Shown piece after piece: positions 13,023-24,989 of a stretch of 64,000 nucleotides of DNA. The notes beneath the pieces are model-generated. The model made no database searches. It saw nothing but the letters and a program-made list of their open reading frames with translations, and was not told where the DNA came from. A program made the position numbers and the translations under genes. Position 1 is the first letter of the stretch; every line of letters begins with the position of its first letter. Origin of the DNA: Octopus vulgaris (taxonomy: Eukaryota); assembly GCA_951406725.2 (NCBI GenBank), contig OX597829.1, forward strand, positions 6,696,001-6,760,000. The letters run 5' to 3'.

Positions 13023-13480
13023 ATATTAATAGTTATCGCCAAGCTAATATGGCAGTCCATAAATATAGGACGAAAGCTGCCGTTGATTAGCCCCAAGTGG
13101 CCATCGAATCTAGGTAGCTATGTGACACACGAACCTGTGTCCATTATAACCTTCGAACAGGAGAGGTCAGCCACTCCCCCTTGCCCTTTATCAGGGTATT
13201 TGCCCTTTATCAATGCAGAGTAGCCGAACCCAGCAGCCGTCGCTACTGACCGTCTGTTGGAAGGATTATTTACCTAAATTCAGTGGAATGCATCTACTGG
13301 TATTCAAACCTAGAAATATTATTATTTCTAAGTCTCTCTAAAGGAGACTACAGCAGCGGTAGTCAGAAAACTAGTCTCTCACATATCTAGCTAGAGGCGA
13401 TGGTCACTTGGAGCTAATCAACGGCAGCTTTCGTCCTATATTTATGGACTGCCATATTAGCTTGTCGATAAATATTAATA
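13023..13480. mobile_element. Fold-back element, family B
   Basis: ~95-bp terminal inverted arms (tattaat...gccaagctaatatggcagtccataaatataggacgaaagctgccgttgattagc); hammerhead remnant TTGATAA-AGGG caaata CCCT-GA on minus at ~13190-13213. Confidence 0.7.
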
Positions 13481-13550
13481 TACGTACATATATATAGATA
13501 TATATATATATATATATATATAAATATATAAATATATATATGTATATATA

Positions 13551-14309
13551 GGCAGGGCTGGCCTGCTAGGCAGCCGGCCGAATGCTAGAAAGAGATCATC
13601 AACGATCAAACACCAGAACCAAATTTGGCGGGCAGGCCAGCCCTGCCTATATACACATATATTAGAATTTTCTCTGACTCCTCAGATTTTTTGAATGCTG
13701 GACTACTGGTTTTAAATTGATATTAAAATTAATATTAATTTATCTCCCTCATTACTTAAATATTGAAATAAATACGTTCCCTAGTAGTAAGCACTAACCG
13801 CAGTGAATTATTCACTGCAGTCCTTCGGTTCAGGATTTTCTTAGCGCGCCAGAGCCAAGACATTTGAAATTTTATCCCCGATGTAAACGGTAAAACTAAG
13901 CACGTGTCTGTCTTGACACAGAGAGCTGGGGTTAGTTTTACAGTTTGCATCTCGATGACCGAATGTACTGATGAAGTCACGGACATTTGAATTATGTAAG
14001 TAATTCTTTTGTTAAAGACCGAAACCGAGGTATGCATTTAAGTCTGTTTTTTATTTAAATTTTCATATGTCCTGCCCGCCAAATTTGGTTCTGGTGTTCG
14101 CTGAATTCTTCCTCTAGAGAATTTCCCTTGTAGTTTGATCGTTGATGATCTCTTTCTAGCATTCGGCCGGCTACCTAGCAGGCCAGCCCTGCCTATATAC
14201 ACATATATTAGAATTTTCTCTGACTTCTCAGATTTTTTGAATGCTGGACTACTGGTTTTAAATTGATATTAAAATTAATATTAATTTATCTCCCTCATTA
14301 CTTAAATAT
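13551..14309 (+). mobile_element. Retrozyme-like element: 546-nt monomer plus ~130-nt partial repeat, inverted 5' segment, within (TA)n
   Basis: 13632-13762 repeated at 14178-14308 (period 546); 13551-13635 is the reverse complement of 14071-14096 and 14134-14193; one HHR in the monomer. Confidence 0.8.
13962..14038 (+). ncRNA. Type-I hammerhead ribozyme motif
   Basis: AATGTA-CTGATGA-aGTC...GACc-GAAA-CC GA GG-TA-TGCATT: 6-bp stem I, canonical core, predicted cleavage after 14032. Confidence 0.8.
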
Positions 14310-14526
14310 AAATATATATATATATAAATATATATATATATAAATATATATATATATAATATATATATATATATATAAATATATATATAATATATATATA
14401 TATATACATATATAAATATATATACATATATATATACATATATATATATATATACAAATATGTATATATATATATAAATATATATATACATATATATACA
14501 TATATAAATATATATACATATATAAT

Positions 14527-14600
<74 letters not shown>

Positions 14601-14672
14601 CATATATATATATACACACATATATATACAAATACATATATATACACATATATATATATGCATATACATATA

Positions 14673-16602
14673 CATATGCCAAAGAAACAGCTACGGTGCA
14701 CTGTAGGATAGGGCCACTCCTTGAAAAAGAAGGCACACTCACAGGAAAACCAATGAGGGTAAGTGAAATACTGAATGAGCAATTCAAGAGTGTTTTCACT
14801 CCACCCCTTGGGCATTTCCAAATCAGCAATCCAACTGACTTCTTTAACACTGCAGATATAGAATCAGAGGCGGCGACGATAAATTACATCGATATAAAGG
14901 AAGACGATGTAATAAAGGCTATAGATGAAATGAAAACAGACTCAGCTATTGGCCCCGATGGATTCCCGGCAATCCTCCTAAAAGTATGTAAGAGAGTCCT
15001 AGCAAGACCACTGCAGTTCCTCTTTCAGAGCTTCCTTGCAGCTGGCAAACTTCCAAGAAAACTGAAGGAAGGTAAAATATGCCCTATTCATAAAGGAGGT
15101 AGCAGAGCGGAGGCCAAGAACTACAGACCTATCTCTCTCACCTCACACATCAGCAAGGTCATGGAACGAATAGTCAGAAGGAAACTAATCACCTTCCTTG
15201 AAGAAAATGATTTGCTGCCTGACACCCAACATGGTTTCCGACCAGGAAGAAGCTGCTTAACTCAGCTCCTGCAGCACTATGACTGGGTGCTGAAACAACT
15301 GCTCAACCACTCTAATGTGGAAGTCATATATCTCGACTTCGCAAAGGCCTTCGATAAAGTCGATCATGGAATGATATGTCACAAACTGCGTGATCTTGGC
15401 ATAGTTGGAAAACTAGGAGAAAGGCTTCATGACTTTCTGAAGAATAGAAGTCAGGTGGTAGCAGCCAATGGGGCCACTTCCATTAGCACGCAAATAGTGA
15501 GCGGTGTCCCGCAGGGCACTGTTTTGGGACCACTACTGTTCATAATGGCCCTCTCAGACATGCCCTCAGCCACGCAGAGAGCCACGATCACAAGTTATGC
15601 AGATGATACAAAAGTTTCACAGGCAATACAGAACCCTGAAGACACTAAGCACCTGCAATGTGAGCTGGACGAAATATACAAGTGGGCTGAAAAGAATAGC
15701 ATGCAGTTCAATGCTGAAAAGTTTCAAGCTTTTTACTATCAGCATGCAAAACTGAATGCAATACCCAATGAATACACTGGACCCGGAGGGATTGCAATCC
15801 CAGAGGCACAATCAGTGCGTGACCTGGGTATTCACATGAGTGATGACGCAAACTTTCATGTACATGTTGCTAAACTGACAATGAAATGTAGACGGCTGGC
15901 TGGATGGATTCTTAGAACCTTTAGAACAAGAGAACAAGAAACCATGATGGTCCTCTGGAAGACACTTGTCCTAAGCCACTTTGACTATTGCTCTCAGCTA
16001 TGGTCACCATCCAGTGTCAAGTTGATCACAGAACTTGAGGCGATCCAACGAAGCTACACGAAGAAGATAGCCTCTGTGCAGCATATGAGCTACTGGGAGA
16101 GACTCAAGAGATTAAAGCTCTATTCCCTGGAGCGTAGGCGAGAAAGATATGCCATGATATATATCTGGAAGATCCTGGAAGGTCTTGTCCCAGACTTTGG
16201 CATCGAGAGTCACATAAATGCCAGAACCGGACGCCACTGCGTAGTACCAAGGACTCCAAATTTTCCATCAAGATGTAGGACAAGATATTGTGATAGCCTG
16301 GGCTTCAGAGGCCCACGGCTCTTCAATATCCTCCCGAAGAACCTGAGGGACCTGCATGGTGTAGATGCGGATGTCTTTAAAGTAGGACTGGATCTCTTCC
16401 TGTCAGGTGTCCCGGATGAACCAACTTCACGGCAGGAGGCGCAGATGAGGGCAGCTGCATCGAACTCTCTCATGCATCAGATGGCGTTTGCTAAAAAGCA
16501 TCCGTGAGGTAAAACCGTGTAGCAAACCAAATGGCGGTGCCCCAGCATGGCCACAGGCCATTAGCTGAAACTGGAAAATCAAAATCAAATCAAATCAAAA
16601 TC
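14673..16602 (+). mobile_element. 5'-truncated CR1-type LINE with 3' UTR and (AAATC)n tail, inserted in (TA)n
   Basis: Open RT ORF, short 3' UTR, tail aaaatcaaaatcaaatcaaatcaaaatc at 16575-16602; TA repeats on both sides. Confidence 0.92.
14696..16507 (+). CDS. LINE ORF2 reverse transcriptase (endonuclease domain missing through 5' truncation)
   Basis: 603 aa without stops: [61 protein letters not shown]. Confidence 0.93.
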   Translation: MHCRIGPLLEKEGTLTGKPMRVSEILNEQFKSVFTPPLGHFQISNPTDFFNTADIESEAATINYIDIKEDDVIKAIDEMKTDSAIGPDGFPAILLKVCKRVLARPLQFLFQSFLAAGKLPRKLKEGKICPIHKGGSRAEAKNYRPISLTSHISKVMERIVRRKLITFLEENDLLPDTQHGFRPGRSCLTQLLQHYDWVLKQLLNHSNVEVIYLDFAKAFDKVDHGMICHKLRDLGIVGKLGERLHDFLKNRSQVVAANGATSISTQIVSGVPQGTVLGPLLFIMALSDMPSATQRATITSYADDTKVSQAIQNPEDTKHLQCELDEIYKWAEKNSMQFNAEKFQAFYYQHAKLNAIPNEYTGPGGIAIPEAQSVRDLGIHMSDDANFHVHVAKLTMKCRRLAGWILRTFRTREQETMMVLWKTLVLSHFDYCSQLWSPSSVKLITELEAIQRSYTKKIASVQHMSYWERLKRLKLYSLERRRERYAMIYIWKILEGLVPDFGIESHINARTGRHCVVPRTPNFPSRCRTRYCDSLGFRGPRLFNILPKNLRDLHGVDADVFKVGLDLFLSGVPDEPTSRQEAQMRAAASNSLMHQMAFAKKHP

Positions 16603-16681
16603 ATATATATTTATACACACACATATACATATATACATACCTATGAACATATACTTACATATGTTTATATACATACATATA

Positions 16682-16724
<43 letters not shown>

Positions 16725-16726
<2 letters not shown>

Positions 16727-16905
16727 GGAAGTAACAAAAAAAAAGAAAATACGATAACAGGTGTGTAAACAACAAACAGGTGTATTAGTTAAACGTTCGG
16801 GAAGGTGAGAAAGTCTTTTATGTTTGGAGCCTAAGCTCTTCAACAGAAAGGAACACGAAAAAATAAACAGAAAGAATAAAGAAAGCCTTAGTGGCTAGCG
16901 GTCAA
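16725..16905 (-). mobile_element. Short repeat family C with hammerhead variant (16815-16850)
   Basis: Homologous to 45387-45575 and 57695-57850; CTTT-CTGTTGA-a-GAGC ttag GCTC-cAAAC AT A-AAAG (decayed). Confidence 0.6.
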
Positions 16906-16940
16906 TCATGTGTGTGTATATATATATATATATAAATATA

Positions 16941-17256
16941 TTGACAAGACTCCCTTCGGTCATGACTGAACATGGGATTGCACCTAGAAAGTTACCCTCC
17001 CAGGCACAAGTCCGGGCAAGGTTGTTTATTGAAGACCAGCAGTTGCCCATGCATATCAGCCTCTCCTCTCCATGCTACCAATGCTATCCAAGGCAAAGGC
17101 AAAGGCTGATATAGCTTGGCACCAGTGACGTCACAACTGATTTCTACAGCTGAGTGAAAAAAAGTGTCTTGCTCAAGAACACAACACGTAGCCCGGTCCG
17201 GGATTCGAGCTCACAACCTCATGATCGTAAGCTCGACACTCTAACCACTGAGCCAT
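16941..17256 (-). mobile_element. tRNA-derived SINE with CORE-like block
   Basis: Minus strand tggctcagtggttagag (A box)...gctcgaatcc (B box)...gtgttcttgagcaagacactt. Confidence 0.85.
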
Positions 17257-17559
17257 ATATATATAAATCAAAGGTAAAAAAACAAACAAACGGAACTCGT
17301 CAAATTATAACAAGCAGGAAGGGTTGATAACACAACAACGCAAACAGAACATAACAAGATACATGTATCCTTTGCAGCCAATTGCTTCTGCGATCGGAGT
17401 CTGGTATGTCTGCGTACTTTCGCCCAGTCCTCTCCGATATTTCTCGAAACCAGTTGGGCCAAGGGCTTACGCAGAAGGCATTAATCCCTTGAGCAAGGCC
17501 AACGAATGTACATATACAAACACATGGAAATATAAAAACAAAAAGTATACAGACATATA

Positions 17560-17606
17560 TGTACACATACATCTATACATTTATATACATATATGCACAC
17601 ATATAT

Positions 17607-17653
<47 letters not shown>

Positions 17654-17911
17654 TATACATATTTATATATATATATATACATATTTATATATATACATAT
17701 TTATATATATATATATACATATTTATATATATACATATATATATATATATACACATATATATACATATTTATATATATATACATATATATACATATATAT
17801 ATACATATTTATATATATATATATTTATATATATATACATATATGTATATATATATACACATATATATACATATTTATATATGTATACATATATATACAT
17901 ATATATATACA

Positions 17912-17954
<43 letters not shown>

Positions 17955-17986
17955 TTATATATATATACATATTTATATATATATAC

Positions 17987-18017
<31 letters not shown>

Positions 18018-18023
18018 CATATT

Positions 18024-18101
<78 letters not shown>

Positions 18102-18306
18102 CATATATATATATATACATATATAAATATATATATATACATATATAAATATATATATATATACATATATAAATATATATATATATACATATTTAAATAT
18201 ATATATATATATACATATATAAATATATATATATATATACATATATAAATATATATATATACATATTTAAATATATATATATATATACGTATATATATAT
18301 ATATAT

Positions 18307-18379
<73 letters not shown>

Positions 18380-18400
18380 TATGCGCGCACACACACACAA
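17560..18400. repeat. Complex (TA)n/(TACATA) low-complexity array
   Basis: Directly visible. Confidence 0.95.
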
Positions 18401-18889
18401 ACGCACACGGTAAAGCAAATAAACTTTACGCAAGCCCACGTTTACTATGACACATACCCGTACGCAAGACACTTATACACAGTTACCTATACACATACAC
18501 ACGCGCGAGTTGAGGCACAAACTAGCATGCACTCTCCGATTTGCGTATATAATGGTCCACTGATCGACAAACCAACAATACACGTCATGCTGCGGCGGTA
18601 CAGACGCCTCTTTATATGGTCTGCTGCCACTGTTACAAAATAGCCTTACAATAGAAGAAAAAACTTGAGAATGGCCACAATTTACATTGAGAACAAAAAA
18701 ATTAGAAAAATATGAATAAAAATATGCAACAAAAGGAAAAAAAAAAGTATAGAAACAAAACAACATCTGAAACAGTCGACATCATTACATTTTTTTTCTT
18801 TACCTATGCAAATACACTCACATATTCGCAACACATACAAAACACACACACACTCACACACACTGAATACATATATATTCATATATCCA

Positions 18890-18948
<59 letters not shown>

Positions 18949-18993
18949 GTGTAAGTGTATATATATGTATATATATATATATATATATTTATA

Positions 18994-19061
<68 letters not shown>

Positions 19062-19358
19062 GGCATATATTTACATGGAGAAAGCACATATATTTCCACA
19101 CATATGTGCATATATACAAATATATATTCATATGTATGTATACGCATAGACACATAAATACATGCGGATAGGGAGATTGATAGAGAAATATATTCATATG
19201 CGTACACTCAAACATTGGCACACAAACAGACACATATATTGAGTGCGTTTATCTCTTATTTCTAGCAATATATATGTCAGTCATATCTAATGATGTTTAT
19301 TGCTTTCGTCTTCGGTACACGGTTGCCTACTTTACCTATATTATGTGTATATATGTAT

Positions 19359-19452
<94 letters not shown>

Positions 19453-19506
19453 GGGTAGATAGATAGACAGACAGATACATATATATAAACACAATTATAT
19501 ATACAA

Positions 19507-19539
<33 letters not shown>

Positions 19540-19557
19540 CATTATATATGTGTAATC

Positions 19558-19599
<42 letters not shown>

Positions 19600-19648
19600 T
19601 AGTTATATATGTACATATATATATATATACATACACACATATATATAC

Positions 19649-19703
<55 letters not shown>

Positions 19704-20849
19704 CACACACACATATATATACGTACTATTGTTAACATTCAGGGTACAACGAATGTCTGCGAATTTTGGGACCATTGAATATGAAAGTGCTTTTTGTATG
19801 TATGTATGTATGTATGTATGTATGTATGTATGTATGTATGTATGTATGTATGTATGTATATGTGTGCGTGTGTTTGTATACGCGTATCCATATAGGTTTG
19901 TGTCTCTGTGTATCCATGTACACGTATGAGCGGGTGTATTAGTGTGTCTGTGTATTCGCGTGAAGAATAAAATAGTGTGTGTATGTTTGTATGTGATTTT
20001 GGTTTCTGTCTAAGCATATCTGAATGTGTCGTGTGTCTAAGTATGTTCCAACCCTAGCAATCAACTATCACCATCTGTTATCCACTCCAAGTTTCTGCTT
20101 AAGCTTTACAAATGGATCTTTTACAAAGTCTTCACAAGAAAGCAGCGCCACAGCACTACTCATCATCATAGTCACCACTGCTGTTAATACCCCCATCACT
20201 ACATCAACGTATCTTTCCTCTTTTCGTTTAATTTTCTGTTCTTTTTCTTCTTTTGTCATGGTCATCATCGTCACCTCTTCCTTATTATCAAGCTCCCAAC
20301 CACTTCCTTATTTTATTTACCTGTTTTTTTTTTTATTTATATAAAACTTTGTTTTCTATTCGTTCGCCATCATAATCATCATCGCCGCTCTCTCCATCAC
20401 ACCACCTCGCATCATATCACATATACCACTAACATGATCGTCAGCACTAGCACGACCATTACCAATACCATCACAAATACCACTAAATTCACCGCTACAC
20501 CAAATTACCTGACTACAATCAATTGCATAAGGAACGCTGAGTCTACTACGACAATGATTGACATTAATTAACATCTTTCTCATTACTATTACACTACCAC
20601 CAACAACCCATTACCACCACTAGCAGAAATACCATCATGAACCATTTTGATCCAGCACTGTTGATATCAGCGCCACCAGAATTAACTGCAGCCTCATCAG
20701 TAGCATCAACCGCGTCTATTTCCGAAAAATATAGACGGCTGAATTTGTCGATTGGGGGGGGGGGGAATCTTGTAGTATTGGTGAGCGTTCAACGGTATTG
20801 GAACGTTCAAGGGTATAATGATCGATGATTGAAGTGATAAAGATTGATG

Positions 20850-21860
20850 ATTGATGTTAAGAAAAATGTAGCTGACAAAGAGGACTGGAAGCTTTTATCA
20901 TGATGATTCATGATTCACGTCGAGTATCAAAATACCGTTAGCAGGGCTGCTGCCCAATGTTCTGCGAACATTTTAAAGGCTGTAAAATGTAACATAGACA
21001 ACAGGAAGATACACAGTAAGTTCTGTCACAGCACCCGTGCGCCGGAATTCCTACAACAACTGCAAGACAATGTGATGGAAGGTCCAAGCCAGGGAATCTG
21101 AATAAGGGCCTTTGCAACCATACTTTCATGGGGCGCAAGGGAATATTCTGATAACCAAATCGAAGGAGAACTGCTTGATGGGGTCTATGAAGCTCTGCAA
21201 CAGACTGCCGCACTTTTGTGAGCCGGAGATAATCTGGTTCTTAGATGAAACGATCTTCTTCCAGGGAAAGGACACAGCACCAAGAACAGGTGGTTTGCCT
21301 ACAATCTGTGATATCCCATGAATCATGAAAACCCAAGTCCCCCACCCACCATAGACTGTGACGGTCTTTGTATGTGTCTGCAGTGAGGATAACTCTATGC
21401 CGCCTCGAATCTTTGAACAAGGCCTTTGGCTCAATTCAGACGGCTACATGTAACTACAGGATCCTGTGGTCAAACGCTGCAAGGCCATATGTGTGGCAAT
21501 AGGTTTCTATGGCTTGCATATATCCGGAAAGTTTCAGAAGTGATTGTCTCAGAATTTCAACGACTTCATCTGCTCTAATTTCTGGTGCATCTGAGAAAGA
21601 CACTAACTACTCTGGCTGCAAAAACTAATCCGAGCTGGTGATCAAGATCAAGGTGTATGAATTACTTTCCATCCACTGAGTGAAGAACGCAATGTACCAA
21701 GTTCCAGAGTTGTCTTGAAGCCGAAGGCGGCTCCTTTGAGTAAACTATTACCTCTCAGAACTAATGTAGTTGATATTTTAAAAAATTCTATTACTTTTTG
21801 GTGGGATATTGTGATTTCTTTTTACGCAAACTGTCAAATTTAGTTTGAACACGCCGTAAT
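20850..21860 (+). mobile_element. Decayed Tc1/mariner transposase, maT/DD37D-like
   Basis: IWFLDETIF, MKTQVPHP, VTVFVCVCSEDNSMPPRIFEQGLWLNSDGY, RPYVWQ; possible right TIR ctgtcaaatttagtttgaacacgccgta at 21831-21858. Confidence 0.75.
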
Positions 21861-23048
21861 CCAACGTTATCTGTTAAAACGACATGAAAAGAAAACGTAT
21901 CGAAAAGCAACATAGCAACACAGAGTACGCAATCAATGACACCACCAAGGACTAGGTGAAGGAACCTCTAACAGTTACAAGATCTGCTTGAAATGGTAGC
22001 CATTTATTCTTCCCCTTATCAAAACCCACTACATTTATTTTAAAATTCGGAAGAATATTTTAGATAATGTATTTCTACACAGGCTGCCTCTTACTATAAT
22101 ACGGAATAGTTAAAACATAATTCTAAAAATAACGGTCGGACTGAACTGGGTTAAACAACAATGTCTGCAACATGATCACATGTAGCAAGAACGAAAACCA
22201 TTTTAGCGTCAAAAACTGCAATGGTATCAACAAATAAAATAAAATAACATCAAGAACGTGAACTTCTTCAAGAGCGACAACACCAGAGCCTCAATACTAA
22301 CGTATCAACAGTGGTATCGGCATCATCAACATTTTAAACAACGTCACAGACATTAACCCCACTAGCAGTGCCACCATTTTCCTTCTGCCTACTTCCCTTC
22401 TTTTTGAAAGCCTCGTGCACAACTCAGTTTCGACAATAGCAACTGATGACCATTAACACTCAAAATTGAAATTGCAAACGATGAGACAGAGAGTGAGCTA
22501 GGCAAACGGACAGGGAGGCAGACTGACAAGCGACCAGAAAACAAAAACGAAAGAACGGAGAGGAAAAATTAAACCAAAGGAGAAGGAAAAGGAAAATAGG
22601 TGGAAGTGTGTGCTTCAACACTAGAGTCATTACGGAGATTGTCAAATTTCTCATATTAGTCACATATGGTATTAAACTTGAGAATTTGTTCCTTAAGGGT
22701 GTCTGGTTCAACCCACGGTCTAATTCATTAACGGATTTAACAAGACAGTGATTTTGTGGATATTGGTGTAGGGTAGGGTGGGAATAAAAGGCAGAATGCA
22801 GTGGGTGGTATTTTGCATTCAATTTTCTTAAATATAAAACGACCACTTCTGCTTAGACAGAAAGTAAGAAAGAAGTAAACTATTTAACAACAAAATCAAG
22901 CAAAATTAGCGAAAATACTGGTGAATATTTATTTTATGAAAATTTATTCATCTTTATTACATTTGAAGGTTTAACTTATTATCATAGCAGCTATATATAA
23001 ATATTATTGTGTCTGGTGAGAATCAGTCTCTTTTGGTGCATTATTACT

Positions 23049-23119
<71 letters not shown>

Positions 23120-23173
23120 CATGCACACACACACATACACACATATATGTATATATAGATATATATTCATACC

Positions 23174-23374
23174 TACTCTAGGCACAAGGCCCGAAAGTTT
23201 GGCCTTGTGCCTAGAGATCGACCAAATTACGCAACTGGTGCGTAATTTATCGACCTCGAAAGGATGAAAGGCAAAGTCGGCCACGGTGGAATTTGAACTC
23301 AGAACGTAAAGACAGACGAAATACCGTTAATCATTTCGCCCAGCGTGCTAATGATTCTGCCAGCTCGCCGCCTT
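23174..23374 (-). mobile_element. tRNA-derived SINE (second family)
   Basis: Minus strand ggcggcgagctggcagaatc...gagttcaaattcc...gcctttcatcctttcgaggtcgataaa; related copies at 27683-27840 (-) and 36886-37005 (+). Confidence 0.85.
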
Positions 23375-23687
23375 TTTATAGATATATATTAGATGATAAA
23401 ACGAATGGTTTATACCTTGTGTCTTACTGGTAAAGCATGGTCATTTTCAGTGTTCACTAATGGTACAGTAAATGACAGACGGAAGATGGAAGACACGAGA
23501 ATTTAAATTAATCAGGACAATTGTTTTGACATATCTCGCATCGATCTCTGGCGAGTGGAATACTTAACAACTGGTTCAGGAGCATATATCCTATAATTTG
23601 ATGCTTTTCTTTACACGAAATGAGAAAATACCATGTGGAATTGTTATTTTAACTAGTTATATGTATTTGAGACCCGAAGACACACAT

Positions 23688-24130
23688 CTGACAAGGCGAG
23701 CTCCCTAGGCACCGAGCATAGCCAGGTCACTAGTGATTTCGCGTTTACATTAACGCTCGTCAGTAGCTCGCCTCGCTTGCTAGTAAATAAGAAGGTGCAA
23801 TATTGTGGCTATGAGTTTTGACTTTTATTTCTAGCAGTGCTGATGCTGAATAGCACCCTCAGTCGCTTTACTGGAGTGTATATTTTTGCCTTTCGGTTAA
23901 AAATTGCTGACAATTTTAATCTGAAAAGGGTAATTTATTTTAACCCAAGGCACCGGTGAGACCTACAGAAGAGCGTTGTTGTAAACGCGAAAGCATTAGT
24001 GATCTGGCTTACTAGGTGCTTAGGGAACTCACCACCCTTGTCAGTAGATAAGATTATTGTGGTTATGAGTTGTTTTGATTCTTATTTCTAGCAATATTGG
24101 TGTCGAATAGCGCCCTCAGTCGGTTTAGTG
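23688..24130 (+). mobile_element. Retrozyme-like element: ~255-nt monomer plus partial repeat, with inverted 5' segment; two hammerhead copies
   Basis: ~23782-23870 repeated at ~24043-24128; 23688-23768 is the reverse complement of 23961-24044; HHRs at 23720-23768 (-) and 23961-24009 (+). Confidence 0.75.
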
Positions 24131-24133
24131 ATA

Positions 24134-24179
<46 letters not shown>

Positions 24180-24358
24180 CATACTTTTGCATATTCACAT
24201 AAATATATATATACGACCTCGAACCCACAAAAGTAAACAAGAGAGACAGAAACAGGCAGAATCAAGGAAAATACCCTTTGTATTTGAACACTATGCAAAT
24301 ATTCTTTAAAAAATACTTTTCTTATCATTTTTCTAAACTTAATTGTTTGCCATACTTA

Positions 24359-24394
24359 CAGTTGAAAAAGTCTCAATGACTGAAACCGGTACTG
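24359..24394 (+). ncRNA. Decayed minimal hammerhead motif
   Basis: CAG-TTGAAAA-AGTC tcaat GACT-GAAA-CCGG-TA-CTG; all stems intact, core mutated from CTGAAGA; element ends ~50 nt later at (TA)n. Confidence 0.55.
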
Positions 24395-24477
24395 AAATGT
24401 TTTTTATAAAATTATTTTAGCATTTTCTACCTTGACTTTTTTCCATATATATATATACACATATTTATATATATATA

Positions 24478-24634
24478 GGCGTGTCTCTTTGGTCAGAAGC
24501 TTGCTTCCCAACCACATGGTTCCGGGGTCCGTCCCACTGCACTGCACCTTGGACATGTGTTTTCTACTATAACATTAGGCCAATCAAATCCTTATGAGTG
24601 TATTTCGTAGACGGAAACTGAAAGAAGCCCGTCG

Positions 24635-24680
<46 letters not shown>

Positions 24681-24905
24681 TATCTATCGAAATGTGTGTG
24701 TGTCTTTGTGTCTGAGTCTGTCCGTACTACCGCCACTCGTTGAAAACCGGTGTTGTGTTTAAGTAACTTCGTGGTCTGGCAAAAGAGACCGATAGAATAA
24801 GTACCAGGTTTAACAAACCTAATCACTGGGTCGATGTATTCAATCAAAAATTCTTCAAGGCACTGCCCCACCATTGCCGCAGCCAAATGACTGAAACAAA
24901 TAAAA
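24478..24905 (+). mobile_element. tRNA-derived SINE, full length, with internal microsatellite and LINE-like tail
   Basis: Same head as 6572; tail aaggcactgccccaccattgccgcagccaaatgactgaaacaaataaaa. Confidence 0.85.
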
Positions 24906-24913
24906 TACTAATG

Positions 24914-24969
<56 letters not shown>

Positions 24970-24989
24970 TGTGTATAATATTAGTCTTT

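Noticed and set aside
17185-17256. tRNA gene
   Set aside because: The tRNA-like head continues into SINE body and tail; no clean acceptor stem
17409-17477. Hairpin with GCCC/GGGC and GAAA on the minus strand as a hammerhead
   Set aside because: No CUGANGA core; it folds as a plain stem TCTGCGTA/TACGCAGA
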